DNA of 64,000 nucleotides from Candidatus Zhuqueibacterota bacterium (lineage in GTDB: Bacteria > Zhuqueibacterota > Zhuqueibacteria > Thermofontimicrobiales > Thermofontimicrobiaceae): NCBI GenBank assembly GCA_034505795.1, contig JAPDQM010000001.1, forward strand, positions 6,094 through 70,093, read 5' to 3'. Position 1 is the first letter of the stretch. Every line of letters starts with the position of its first letter. A program made the translations under genes and the position numbers. Below the pieces are notes generated by a model, which worked only from the letters and a program-made list of their open reading frames with translations, was not told the DNA's origin and did not search any database. Shown in pieces: positions 9,026 to 19,229 of this stretch.

Positions 9026-10510
9026 ATGGGTGAAGGTCTGGGAGGAAAGTCCCAAGCCATGATAGCGACAGGATTTGGCATAGCACGAACGGTAAGGGCC
9101 TTGCGATTGTCGATTTACGATGGCATCTTTGCAAATATCTATATCAATTTGACCGGCAGTGTTTTTCTGCCGGCATTTGCGCTGGCACTAGGCGCAAGTT
9201 CGCTGCAGATTGGCATTCTGGCGTCGATACCGCTATTTGCCAACATTGCCCAATTGGGCGGAACGTATTTGGTCGAAAAATACAATCGGCGGAAAAAAGT
9301 AGCCGTGCGTTCTGCTTTCGCCGCTCGAGCGTTGTGGTTGCCGATTGTTGTTTTGAGTGTGCTTTTAGCAAGCAGGAGCCCCTGGCTTGTTTTACAATTT
9401 GCGATTTTGTTGATTGCGATCTCCAGTGTCCTCGGCGCCGTTTCTGGGGTTGCCTGGTTGTCGTGGATGTCGTTCATTGTTCCGGGCGATATTCGCGGTC
9501 GGTATTTTGGCTTGCGAAATGCGATCCTGGGCGCGGCCAATATTGCCTTCACATTGTTGGCCGGGCGATTTCTGGACTGGTTTCGACAACAACAGCCCAA
9601 TGGTTCTCAACTCCATGCGTTTGAATTGCTCTTTGCCTTTGCGCTTGGTTGTGGATTGCTCAGCGTGCGTATTCTGGCGCGGCAGCCAGAGCCACCGTCG
9701 GCGCCGCAAGCCGATGTCAATTTCCGGGCAATCTATCGGGCGCCACTGAAGCAGAAGCACTATCGACTGCTATTGCGCTTTGCGGCGCTGTGGTCCTTTG
9801 CCGTGAACATGGCTGCACCGTTTTTTATTGTTTATATGCTCAAAGTCCTGGATCTGAGCTATACCATGATTGCGCTATTAACGGTTACTACAGCCGCAGC
9901 CGATCTATTGGGCATGTGGCTGTGGGGGCAAATCTCCGATCGCATCGGCAATCGACCGGTGGTATGGCTGTCGGCATGGATGATCACATTTTTGCCGATG
10001 CTATGGCTTTTTACCACCAAAACTTCGAGTTACTTGTTGGTGTTGTTGCCCTTGCTGCAGCTTTCCGCCGGCTTTTTTTGGGCGGCTTACAATTTGTGTT
10101 CGGTCAATTTGGTCCTGGGCATGGCGTCTAAAACTTCGAATTCCGCCTATTTTGCCTATTGGGCATCGGTTAATGGTGTGGCGGCTGGCCTGGGCGCTCT
10201 CAGCGGTGGCGTTCTGGCGAAGTATCTACATCATCTGGCGATTGATTTTTCGTTTTCGGCAGCGATGGAATTCAAGACTATATTTCTGATTTCCGGGCTG
10301 CTGCGATTGGTCAGCCTGTTCATGCTACGTCGGGTGCAAGAGCCACAACGAGCAGCAGGGAATCTGCAATCGGGTTGGTTGAACTGGTGGCCGCTGAAGA
10401 AAAACCGCCAGCCTCGAGCGACTGGCGGAATAGTACTGCCCAATCGCGCAGTAGATAGGGGAATCCCTGCCTATTGGCCATTGTGGCGGCTGCGTTTTAA
10501 TCGACAATAG
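9026..10510 (+). CDS. MFS transporter
   Basis: 12-TM hydrophobicity pattern with MFS-type loops (GRFLDW, G..SDRIGNR). Alternative start at 9059. Confidence 0.8.
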   Translation: MGEGLGGKSQAMIATGFGIARTVRALRLSIYDGIFANIYINLTGSVFLPAFALALGASSLQIGILASIPLFANIAQLGGTYLVEKYNRRKKVAVRSAFAARALWLPIVVLSVLLASRSPWLVLQFAILLIAISSVLGAVSGVAWLSWMSFIVPGDIRGRYFGLRNAILGAANIAFTLLAGRFLDWFRQQQPNGSQLHAFELLFAFALGCGLLSVRILARQPEPPSAPQADVNFRAIYRAPLKQKHYRLLLRFAALWSFAVNMAAPFFIVYMLKVLDLSYTMIALLTVTTAAADLLGMWLWGQISDRIGNRPVVWLSAWMITFLPMLWLFTTKTSSYLLVLLPLLQLSAGFFWAAYNLCSVNLVLGMASKTSNSAYFAYWASVNGVAAGLGALSGGVLAKYLHHLAIDFSFSAAMEFKTIFLISGLLRLVSLFMLRRVQEPQRAAGNLQSGWLNWWPLKKNRQPRATGGIVLPNRAVDRGIPAYWPLWRLRFNRQ

Positions 10511-10748
10511 CCAGCAATGTCGATGGCGGTCACGAATGCATTTGCAAGCGATAGCCGCCTGATGCGATATATTCGGTGAAGTAATTTCTGACACTGGAAG
10601 CAGCACCAATGACAAACCAGGTGTGTTGCTAATGTTGCTTTGCCGGGGTTCAGAAAAATCATTTCAATCGAGTTATGATTGATGATGCCTCATCAAATTG
10701 GAAACGCTAACACTTTTAATTTACCATAAAATTTATTGGAGGAGGAAG

Positions 10749-11249
10749 ATGACAGAGAATGAGAAATCATTTACGATAGATGTGGTGGTAGAAATTCCCA
10801 AAGGCAGCCGAAATAAATATGAATTCGATAAAGAAAAGAATGTCATCAAACTGGATCGGATGCTGTTCTCCGCGGTGCATTATCCCAGTGATTATGGTTT
10901 TATCACCGAAACCCTGGGTCAAGATGGTGACCCGTTAGATGCATTGGTACTGGTGACGGAGCCGACATTTCCTGGCTGTTTGATCGAAGCTCGACCCATT
11001 GGATTATTTAAAATGTGGGATGAGAAGGGACCTGATGAAAAAATTGTCTGTGTGCCAGTGGGCGATCCCTATTGGAATCAGATCGAAAAATTAGAAGATT
11101 TGCCCCCGCATTTGATGAAGGAGATCGAGCATTTTTTTGCTGTCTATAAGGAACTTGAGGAAAAGAAAACAGGCATTGATGGCTGGGAAAATCGCGATCT
11201 TGCGCTGCAAATCATTGCCGATGCTAGAGAACGCTATCGCAAGGGATAA
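10749..11249 (+). CDS. ppa: inorganic pyrophosphatase
   Basis: Family I PPase motifs are present (EIPKGSRNKYEFDKE, DGDPLDALVL). GGAGGAGGAAG RBS precedes the ATG at 10749. Confidence 0.9.
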   Translation: MTENEKSFTIDVVVEIPKGSRNKYEFDKEKNVIKLDRMLFSAVHYPSDYGFITETLGQDGDPLDALVLVTEPTFPGCLIEARPIGLFKMWDEKGPDEKIVCVPVGDPYWNQIEKLEDLPPHLMKEIEHFFAVYKELEEKKTGIDGWENRDLALQIIADARERYRKG

Positions 11250-11252
11250 GGC

Positions 11253-11699
11253 ATGCATGGGCTATTAGAAAAGTTCGACAAATTCATATTTGTGGCTTTG
11301 ATCATTTTGATGATGATTGTATTGCTGCTATCCTTGGTGGAGCTATGCTGGATCATCATCAAAGATATCATCAGTGAGCCAATGTTTATTCTGGAGATCG
11401 ATGAATTGCTGGACATTTTTGGTCTGTTCATGCTGGTGTTGATTGGAATTGAGTTGCTGGACACGATCAAAACCTATCTCAAGCAACGGGTAATGCACGT
11501 GGAGGTGGTGATGATCGTAGCCATGATTGCCATCTCGCGCAAGGTCATTATCCTGGATCTCAACAAATATTCCAGCCTCACGCTGATGGGCATTGCCGCG
11601 CTGATCATTTCATTGTCGGTGGGGTATTATTTTATCAAACGCATTCACCGGGCAGAAGAAAATTTCTCCGCGAGTATGGATGCTACTCCAGAACAATAA
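11253..11699 (+). CDS. psiE: PsiE family membrane protein
   Basis: 4-TM protein with PsiE-like layout (ELLDTIKTYL, VVMIVAMIAISRKVIILD). Starts 4 nt after the ppa stop. Confidence 0.6.
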   Translation: MHGLLEKFDKFIFVALIILMMIVLLLSLVELCWIIIKDIISEPMFILEIDELLDIFGLFMLVLIGIELLDTIKTYLKQRVMHVEVVMIVAMIAISRKVIILDLNKYSSLTLMGIAALIISLSVGYYFIKRIHRAEENFSASMDATPEQ

Positions 11700-11817
11700 T
11701 TTGCTTGAGGCAATGGACGCGAGTTCGATAGCCTCTGTTGTTCGGTAGATCGGCCAAAATTGATAGTATTTCGGATGAATACAGATATGAAAACAACACA
11801 GGAGGGGGTGAGTCACC

Positions 11818-12879
11818 ATTTCTCGAGTTAAAACGAAACGTTTCAAAAAAGCTGGTCTGCCACCGGGTACGCTGGTTCATGTGGGCGAAACAAAAATCGA
11901 GCAAACCCATCTGCACCTGTTTCGCTACCATGGCGATGGGTATGATGAATTGGAGCCCGATTCCATCGAAGCATGCTTCCCTTTTCCTCAGGCGCCAACC
12001 ATTGCCTGGCTCAATGTGGATGGCTTGCATGAGGTGGGCATCATCGAGAAAATCGGTGAACAACTGAATATCCACCCGCTGGTTTTGGAAGATATCCTCC
12101 ATACCGCGCAGCGGCCCAAAGTGGAAGATTATAGCCAGTATTTTTATATTGTGCTCAAAATGCTTTCCTTCACGGCTCAACGCGAGATCAAGGAAGAACA
12201 GATAAGCTTGATACTGGGTTCGAATTTTGTAGTTACTTTTCAAGAGGACGTGGGAGATGTATTCGATCCGGTGCGAGAGCGGATCCGAGCCGTTAAACTC
12301 CAATCCAAAAAGCTTCATGCCGATTATTTGGCCTATAGCCTCATCGATGCTGTGGTCGATACCTATTTTATCATTCTGGAAGAACTGGGGGAGGAAATCG
12401 AAGCCGCAGAGGATAACCTGATCAATAACCCCACGAGCGAAACATTGCAGCAGGTTTATGTCTTAAAAAGAAAACTGGTCACTCTTCGCAAATCCGTCTG
12501 GCCGTTGCGAGAAGTAATTAGCATTCTGCAACGGGAAGACTCCAACCTAATTCATCAATCGACTCAAATCTATTTAAAAGATGTCTATGATCACACGGTT
12601 CAGGTAATCGATACGCTAGAAACTTACCGCGATATGATTGGCGATATGCTCGATCTTTATCTCTCCAATATTAGCATCCGGCTCAATGAGGTAATGAAAG
12701 TGCTGACCATGATTGCGACTATTTTCATCCCATTGACTTTCATTGCTGGTGTTTATGGGATGAATTTTGAGTTTATGCCTGAATTAAAATGGCGGTATGG
12801 CTATCCCCTGGTCTGGCTGGTAATGGGACTGATCGGTGTGGGCATGATTTTTTATTTTAGAAAGAAAAAGTGGCTTTAG
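11818..12879 (+). CDS. corA: magnesium/cobalt transporter CorA (start uncertain; first canonical start is GTG 11881, a conserved N-terminus is encoded upstream)
   Basis: GMN motif (YGMNFEFMPE) and the C-terminal two TM helices ending KKKWL are present. The in-frame sequence upstream of GTG 11881 encodes SRVKTKRFKKAGLPPGTLVHVGE, which matches the conserved CorA N-terminus. Confidence 0.8.
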   Translation: MSRVKTKRFKKAGLPPGTLVHVGETKIEQTHLHLFRYHGDGYDELEPDSIEACFPFPQAPTIAWLNVDGLHEVGIIEKIGEQLNIHPLVLEDILHTAQRPKVEDYSQYFYIVLKMLSFTAQREIKEEQISLILGSNFVVTFQEDVGDVFDPVRERIRAVKLQSKKLHADYLAYSLIDAVVDTYFIILEELGEEIEAAEDNLINNPTSETLQQVYVLKRKLVTLRKSVWPLREVISILQREDSNLIHQSTQIYLKDVYDHTVQVIDTLETYRDMIGDMLDLYLSNISIRLNEVMKVLTMIATIFIPLTFIAGVYGMNFEFMPELKWRYGYPLVWLVMGLIGVGMIFYFRKKKWL

Positions 12880-12999
12880 TTACTCAGACATTTGAATTAT
12901 GAGCTTCGCATTAAGGGAAGTGTCGGCGCAATTGTATAGTGCCGAAGAGCAACGTTCTGATCGAATCAACTATCATCATTAACCTGAAGGAGGACAGAA

Positions 13000-14454
13000 A
13001 TGAATCCAAAGACCAGCTTGAAAATCCTGGTGAGCATCATTTTTGTGGCGCTCATTGCCTGGGCGATTTCCTGCGCTGTGAATCCTGTGACGGGCAAACG
13101 GGAATTTATGCTGCTGACGCAGTCCGATGAAATTGCGTTGGGTCAGCAGACCGATCAGGAGATCATAGCTACTTATGGCCTGTACAATGACCCACAGCTA
13201 CTGGCCTACGTGTCATCTGTTGGCAAGAAGTTAGGGGGTCTAAGCCATCGTCCCAATCTGGATTATCAATTTCGGATTCTGGATTCTCCGGTCATCAATG
13301 CCTTTGCAGTTCCGGGGGGCTTCATTTATGTCACGCGAGGCATTCTTTCGTATCTAAACGACGAAGCGGAATTGGCAGGCGTATTGGGGCATGAAATTGG
13401 ACATGTGACCGCCCGCCACAGCGCGGCACAATACAGTCGCGCCCAACTGGCGCAATTGGGACTGGGCATTGGTTATATGGTCTCTGAAACGTTTCGCAAG
13501 TACGCTGGTTTGGCCCAGTTTGGCGTGAGCATGCTATTCCTGCGCTTCAGTCGGGATAATGAGCGAGAGGCTGATGCGTTGGGAGTGCAATATTCGTCAA
13601 AAGGCGGTTGGGATGCCAATCACATGGCCAATTTTTTCGTAACGCTGGAGCGGCTGAATCCTGGCGAGGACCGCAGCGGCTTGCCCGGTTGGTTCTCAAC
13701 TCACCCCAATCCACCTGATCGTATTGCGGCCATCAAAAAAGATGCCCAAAAGTGGCAGACCCAATTGGCCGGAACGCAATTTGCGGTGAATCATGATCAG
13801 TATCTGCAAAAAGTTGATGGAGTGCTGTATGGCGAAGATCCGCGACAGGGATACGTAGAAGGCAATACGTTTTATCATCCGCTGCTAAAATTTCAATTCC
13901 CGGTCCCGGCAGGTTGGCAGTTAAACAATACGCCATCTCAGGTGCAGATGTTCACGCAGCAGCAAGATGCGGTGATGCTTTTTTCAGTGGCGCAAGAAAA
14001 CTCGCCGGCCGATGCCGCAAATGCGTTTGTCGCTAACACCAAGGCCGCCGTGGTTCAGTCGGAAGCGATTCGGGTGAGCGGTCTGAACGCACAGCGGGTC
14101 ATTTCGGATGTCACCACCGAGCAGGGTGTGATTCGCGTCGAATCGTATTTTATCCAAAAGGATAATTCGGTGTTCTATTTCCACGGCTATACCGGCCAGG
14201 CTCAATTTCAGAATTATCATTCCTCTTTTAGCCAGACCATGGGGCAATTCAAGCCGCTGACAGATCCGGCAAAGATCAATGTCACTCCCAGCAAACTGGT
14301 GATCAAGCGCACCACCGCGGCGGCAACCTTGCGGAGCCTGCTGCAACAATATGGTGCCCCAGCGGAAAAAATGGAAGAATTGGCCATTATGAATGAGATG
14401 CAACTGGATGAGATGGTACCTGCCAACACTCTCATTAAGGTGGTCGTGAAATAA
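13000..14454 (+). CDS. M48 family metallopeptidase (BepA/YfgC-like, secreted)
   Basis: HEIGH zinc motif (VLGHEIGHVTARH) and a signal peptide. GAAGGAGGA RBS is present. Confidence 0.8.
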   Translation: MNPKTSLKILVSIIFVALIAWAISCAVNPVTGKREFMLLTQSDEIALGQQTDQEIIATYGLYNDPQLLAYVSSVGKKLGGLSHRPNLDYQFRILDSPVINAFAVPGGFIYVTRGILSYLNDEAELAGVLGHEIGHVTARHSAAQYSRAQLAQLGLGIGYMVSETFRKYAGLAQFGVSMLFLRFSRDNEREADALGVQYSSKGGWDANHMANFFVTLERLNPGEDRSGLPGWFSTHPNPPDRIAAIKKDAQKWQTQLAGTQFAVNHDQYLQKVDGVLYGEDPRQGYVEGNTFYHPLLKFQFPVPAGWQLNNTPSQVQMFTQQQDAVMLFSVAQENSPADAANAFVANTKAAVVQSEAIRVSGLNAQRVISDVTTEQGVIRVESYFIQKDNSVFYFHGYTGQAQFQNYHSSFSQTMGQFKPLTDPAKINVTPSKLVIKRTTAAATLRSLLQQYGAPAEKMEELAIMNEMQLDEMVPANTLIKVVVK

Positions 14455-14836
14455 TCCATAACGTTTTGGATGCATGACAGCTATTTCAGCATGCGCTTTA
14501 GCTTTGCTGATGTTAGCTCATTCACGCAGCAGGCAATCGGTTGGCATAAACACAATTTGCTCGCAGGCGGAGATGGAGCTATTTATTCCGTTTTATTGCG
14601 GCGGTAGAATCCATTTCCGCCCGCTTGCCAATTTGGGATAAACCGATGGCCTAACAGCGCGCTTGCACATGAATTACCATTGCCGTTACAAATCTTTCCG
14701 ATTTCAAGCATCCGAAATTCATGCCTGTTACAATTATTTTCATTGACTCTCTAATACGAATTGTTTAATTTGTTTCAAAAAATATCAGGAATTGCTGATA
14801 GATTAACATCGAATTCCAGCAGCCACGAAATTCAAC

Positions 14837-16789
14837 ATGATTAAAATGGCTACTTTCGAGACCAGAGCCATTTTTGCAGAGGTTGTAGAAGTGAATTTTA
14901 GAAAATTAAAAAATCTCGGCAACACCAAACTTCCCTGGTTTATTTTGGCGAATGCTATCGTTGCCTATGTTGTCATTGTTGGGTACTGGGCGGTTAGTCG
15001 TTTCCAGAGCTACCAAGCGACATTATGGGATCTGGGAATCATGGCACAGGCCATCTGGAATACCGCCCATGGGCGCATTTTGCAGGAAAGCGTGAATCTT
15101 GGTTTTTCGGTCTCCCGACTGCACGTGGCGCACTGGGAGTTGATCTATTTGCCGTTAGCGTTGATCTACCGCGTGTTCCCGTCGATTCCGTTGCTTCTCT
15201 GGTTGCAGACTCTGATGCTGGCCTGCGGCGCTATCCCTATTTTTTTATTGGCAAAACAAAAGCTTGATTCCGAAGTGGCGGCGCTGTTCGCGGCGTTGGC
15301 CTATCTGTTCTATCCAGCCCTGCATGGGGCCAATTTGTTCGATATCCATGGCCTCACACTGGCTATTCCTTTATTGTTGTTCACCTTTTTATACCTGACC
15401 AGGGAGAAATACTCTGCAGCGCTTGCTTTTGCGATCATTAGCCTCCTCTGCCGTGAAGATGTGGCATTAGTTATCTTTATGCTGGGCTGGTATGTCCTGA
15501 TCAGTCGGAGGAATAGCAGGGTTGGCGCGGTGCTGATCTTTATTTCTGCCCTCTGGCTGTTGGCATTTGCCTGCCGCAGTTATTTCTGGCCAATGAACGA
15601 CATTCCGAGCAGCGCTAAATCGGCGGCCATTGTTTCTGAGATTAGGGAAAATGAAGCCATTCAGGTAGTTATTGGCCTGGTGCAAACGCCAATAGCGACG
15701 CTGACAAAGCTGATCCAAGTTGAAAATGTAGTTTATGCGGCAAAATTGCTATTACCCGTCGCTGGCTTGTGTCTCTTTGCGCCAAGCATCATGCTCCTTT
15801 CCGCGCCAAATTTGCTGATGAATCTATTGAGTCCCTGGCATTACATGCACCAGATTGAATATCACTATTCGGCGGCGATTATTCCGTTTATTTTTTTAGC
15901 TGCAGTTCAGGGTCTGGCCAATATTCTGAGGCACGTCCGCCGATATCGTAAGGTTCGGTGGTTCAGTACCGAAGCGATCATGGGCATTGTCCTCCTATCA
16001 GCTATGGTTTCGGCTGCACATTTTTCCATTCTCAGATTTCATCGACTATGGCAGGTGACGCCTCAACACCGAATGCTCAGCGATGCCTTGCGAGATATAC
16101 CAGCTCAATTGTCAGTTTCCACCACGGCGCGCGAGGGTGCGCATCTTGCTGAACGACAATACCTCTACCATTTTCCTGAGCGGGTGAATGATGCGGATAT
16201 TGTGGTGCTTGATTTGAAGCGGCCACTGATGGAAATTAAGGCATTTGCCGACAGCCAGCGGACGCGGCGATTGCCGGCGATGAATGAGTTGAGTTGGAGG
16301 GTGCTCCGGGATAGTTCCTGGGGCCTGCGCTTTGCGATTGACAATACATTTTGTCTGCAACGTGGCCTGGCTTCAAAGGAGAGCTTCGCACGGTATGCGC
16401 TTCAGGATTCGCTGCCAGCAGGCATCGACGGTCGTTTGAATATTCAAGTTGGCAGCGGCATTTGGTTGGTCGGTTGGTCGACGGTTTACATTGGCGCCGA
16501 CCAGGCCCACTTCCAGCTTTATTGGTATCGGGCCGCCGCAACTCCCCCTGGCTCGCCGGTCAAATTTTTATTGCAGAGCGAACATTGGAGTCGCGAATTC
16601 GATCACCAATTGCTGTTCGGACGTCTACAATTTGAAGGTATTCCTCCTGGTAAAATCCTCTGTGATCATCTTTTTATTAATAATCCGCAGCAGGCGGGCC
16701 AACGAACCTTTGCCGTGGCCATCGCTTCGGACGAAGCGATTCATAAAACACCACGCGTACTATTCTCGTTCAATTTTCCTGAACGATAA
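14837..16789 (+). CDS. DUF2079-like polytopic membrane protein (putative GT-C-type glycosyltransferase)
   Basis: About 12 TM helices with an LWDLGI motif near the N-terminus and a large C-terminal soluble domain. Confidence 0.55.
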   Translation: MIKMATFETRAIFAEVVEVNFRKLKNLGNTKLPWFILANAIVAYVVIVGYWAVSRFQSYQATLWDLGIMAQAIWNTAHGRILQESVNLGFSVSRLHVAHWELIYLPLALIYRVFPSIPLLLWLQTLMLACGAIPIFLLAKQKLDSEVAALFAALAYLFYPALHGANLFDIHGLTLAIPLLLFTFLYLTREKYSAALAFAIISLLCREDVALVIFMLGWYVLISRRNSRVGAVLIFISALWLLAFACRSYFWPMNDIPSSAKSAAIVSEIRENEAIQVVIGLVQTPIATLTKLIQVENVVYAAKLLLPVAGLCLFAPSIMLLSAPNLLMNLLSPWHYMHQIEYHYSAAIIPFIFLAAVQGLANILRHVRRYRKVRWFSTEAIMGIVLLSAMVSAAHFSILRFHRLWQVTPQHRMLSDALRDIPAQLSVSTTAREGAHLAERQYLYHFPERVNDADIVVLDLKRPLMEIKAFADSQRTRRLPAMNELSWRVLRDSSWGLRFAIDNTFCLQRGLASKESFARYALQDSLPAGIDGRLNIQVGSGIWLVGWSTVYIGADQAHFQLYWYRAAATPPGSPVKFLLQSEHWSREFDHQLLFGRLQFEGIPPGKILCDHLFINNPQQAGQRTFAVAIASDEAIHKTPRVLFSFNFPER

Positions 16790-16998
16790 ATTTCAGAGTC
16801 AAGGCAACCAGGTGCATCAAACTCGGCCGCAATTACCAGCCAGGCAAGCTGGATTGGCCGGCAATGGATTCCGCTCGAAACAGGAGATCAGCATGTGACT
16901 ACCACGCGCGTGAGTAGCAAAATCCTGTGGCGAAGCTTGACCGGAACAATGAAAAGTCTTGCAATTTTGATTGAATTCATCTATATTGGCACAAAATT

Positions 16999-17850
16999 TT
17001 GAATGGGGACTGGATGATGAAATTAGCTTTTTCGACACTGGGTTGTCCAGATTGGACTTTGGAGAAAATTATTTCCAATGCCAGGGGCTACGGTTTTTCT
17101 GGCATCGAAATTCGTGGTGTCGGTGAGCATCTGGACGTTACGATGCTCCCGCAATTCACCAGTCACAGCCAGGAGACCCTTCGCCAATTGGAGGATGCTG
17201 AACTGAATATCGTCTGTTTTTCCAGTTCAATTCTGCTTTCACCAGCCGAATCGTCCCTGGAGACTCCGCAGTTGGAGGAACTAAAACGCTATGCAGAATT
17301 ATGCAGTCGCTTTCAGACGAAATTCATCCGCATTTTCGGCGGTAAGCTCGGTCAACGGACCTGGGAACAAGCCATTGATGGGGCAGCGACTTATCTTGAG
17401 AAAATGATTGCTGCTCTGGGTTCATCTGATGTCAAAATCCTGGTTGAGACGCATGACGACTGGCTTAATAGCCACCACTTCCACCAGTTGCTGGAGCGTG
17501 TGCCATCTGATCATGTCGGGCTGTTGTGGGATATCAATCATCCATATATGTTCATTGGTGAGGAACCAGCGAGAACATGGCACAATGTCGGTAACTGGAT
17601 CGAACATACGCATTGGAAGGATTCGCGGCGGGTAGCTGTCTCTCCTGCCAGATGGGAACCCTGCCTGATGGGCGAAGGTGAAGTACCACATCGACAGATT
17701 TATCGAATATTGCGGAATGCTGGCTACACGGGTTATCTCTCACTCGAATGGGAAAAGCGCTGGCATCCGGAGTTGCCCCCGGCCGAAGTGGCATTTCCTC
17801 AATTTGTTGCATTTATGACCCGACTGGAGCAAGGCTATCAAAATGGATGA
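16999..17850 (+). CDS. sugar phosphate isomerase/epimerase (xylose-isomerase-like TIM barrel)
   Basis: KLAFSTLGCPDW N-terminus and His/Glu metal ligands typical of the AP-endonuclease-2/XI TIM family. Confidence 0.7.
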   Translation: MNGDWMMKLAFSTLGCPDWTLEKIISNARGYGFSGIEIRGVGEHLDVTMLPQFTSHSQETLRQLEDAELNIVCFSSSILLSPAESSLETPQLEELKRYAELCSRFQTKFIRIFGGKLGQRTWEQAIDGAATYLEKMIAALGSSDVKILVETHDDWLNSHHFHQLLERVPSDHVGLLWDINHPYMFIGEEPARTWHNVGNWIEHTHWKDSRRVAVSPARWEPCLMGEGEVPHRQIYRILRNAGYTGYLSLEWEKRWHPELPPAEVAFPQFVAFMTRLEQGYQNG

Positions 17851-18595
17851 AGGGATCAAATTGGCAGTACTCTTCATGGCTGGCTTGCTATCTGGCTTCA
17901 TCAATGTGATGGCGGGCGGCGGTTCGACCTTGACTTTGCCGGCATTGATTTTTCTGGGACTGGATAGCAGCCTGGCGAATGGCACTAATCGGGTAGCTGT
18001 GCTCATCCAGAATATTGCAGCAATTGTGGCTTTTAAACAAGAACGGTTGCATCAATTCAAATTAAGTTTGAAGCTGGCACTATTGACGTTGCCTGGTGCA
18101 ATTCTTGGCGCCCTGGTGGCAGTAAAGATCAGTGATAGTCTCTTTCAGCGGTTGCTGGGAATCGTGATCATGGGCATCATCATTACCCTCATCTTTCCGC
18201 AGTCGAACCGAAAAAATGGTTCAGCCCCAAAGCAGCCGGTTTCACCGATCTGGCTGTATGGGGTGATGTTTGGCATTGGATTCTACGGTGGTTTTATCCA
18301 GGCGGGCGTTGGCTTCTTATTGATGGCAGCATTTTATCATCTTCTGCAAGCTGACTTGCTTCACGTTAACATGCATAAGGTGTTCGTAGTGTTTATTTTT
18401 ACGCTGCCGGCAATCGTCATTTTCATTTTAACCGACAATATCAGTTGGGTGCATGCGCTGGTGCTATCGGCGGGAAATGGGCTGGGTGCCTGGTGCTCGG
18501 CCAAAGTCTCGGTCAAGAAAGGTGAAGGCGTGATTCGAGGAGTGCTGCTCATCGCCATGTTCATTATGGCACTCAAATTGCTTAACATCTTTTGA
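17843..18595 (+). CDS. sulfite exporter TauE/SafE family protein
   Basis: Duplicated 4-TM halves with GGGS..LTLP and GxG motifs. It overlaps the upstream gene by 8 nt, so the two are probably an operon. Confidence 0.75.
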   Translation: MDEGIKLAVLFMAGLLSGFINVMAGGGSTLTLPALIFLGLDSSLANGTNRVAVLIQNIAAIVAFKQERLHQFKLSLKLALLTLPGAILGALVAVKISDSLFQRLLGIVIMGIIITLIFPQSNRKNGSAPKQPVSPIWLYGVMFGIGFYGGFIQAGVGFLLMAAFYHLLQADLLHVNMHKVFVVFIFTLPAIVIFILTDNISWVHALVLSAGNGLGAWCSAKVSVKKGEGVIRGVLLIAMFIMALKLLNIF

Positions 18596-18612
18596 GGAAC
18601 AGGTGCCACCGG

Positions 18613-19005
18613 TCATCGCAACGGCATTGACCGATTGGATGTTTTGATGGGAATCAGAATTGTTTGGCCAGCCTGAAGCCGTGCGCTGTCAGATAGCGCG
18701 TTGGCCTCCAATATGGTTTGCCAATCGGTGCCGTATTGAACGGCAACATCCCGCAGCGTTTCCCCTGGTTTTAGAATGTGTTTTCGGACATGATAGGATT
18801 CGTCATCAGATAAAGATTGAAAAAAATCACCGCTATTGTGCGGCTGCGAATCTTTTTTGCTCTGCATTTGCTTGCCTAATGCCACGGCTTGCTTAATATC
18901 CTTTTCGCTTCTTTCGTAACTGCAACTATAAATCACCAGGCAGTACCATGGCAGTGACAAGCCTAGCAAAATTGCTCTAAAAAATACCGACCAGTTGAAG
19001 TGCAT
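18613..19005 (-). CDS. LysM domain protein
   Basis: C-terminal LysM (HILKPGETLRDVAVQYGTDWQTILEANAL...AGQTILIP) and an N-terminal TM helix. Confidence 0.6.
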   Translation of the reverse strand: MHFNWSVFFRAILLGLSLPWYCLVIYSCSYERSEKDIKQAVALGKQMQSKKDSQPHNSGDFFQSLSDDESYHVRKHILKPGETLRDVAVQYGTDWQTILEANALSDSARLQAGQTILIPIKTSNRSMPLR

Positions 19006-19229
19006 GATTTCCGTCCTCGCTGTTAGAATCACGGTTGATTGAACTAAGCGCGGGGCAATTTAGGCATTTTTTGATTGGCTGTCAACAGCTTTGTCATTTG
19101 TGCCAAAAAATTAATGGCGTTTCAATAACCTCGATCTTGATTATCTCTCAACTGGTTACGGTATTTGCCATATTAGCCAATCGATTTCGATCGGATAGCT
19201 TTCGTTGTGCATTCTAAAAATGTTGACCT

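Noticed and set aside
9139-10131. Several ORFs antisense or out of frame within the MFS transporter gene (9139..9600-, 9392..9760-, 9649..10131+ and others)
   Set aside because: These are GC-driven shadow ORFs overlapping a well-supported 12-TM transporter frame. They have no RBS and no family resemblance.
14565-14625. Imperfect inverted repeat GGCGGAGATGGA / TCCATTTCCGCC downstream of the M48 protease gene
   Set aside because: No U-tract follows and the loop is 32 nt, so it is not convincing as a terminator. Noted only as possible structure.
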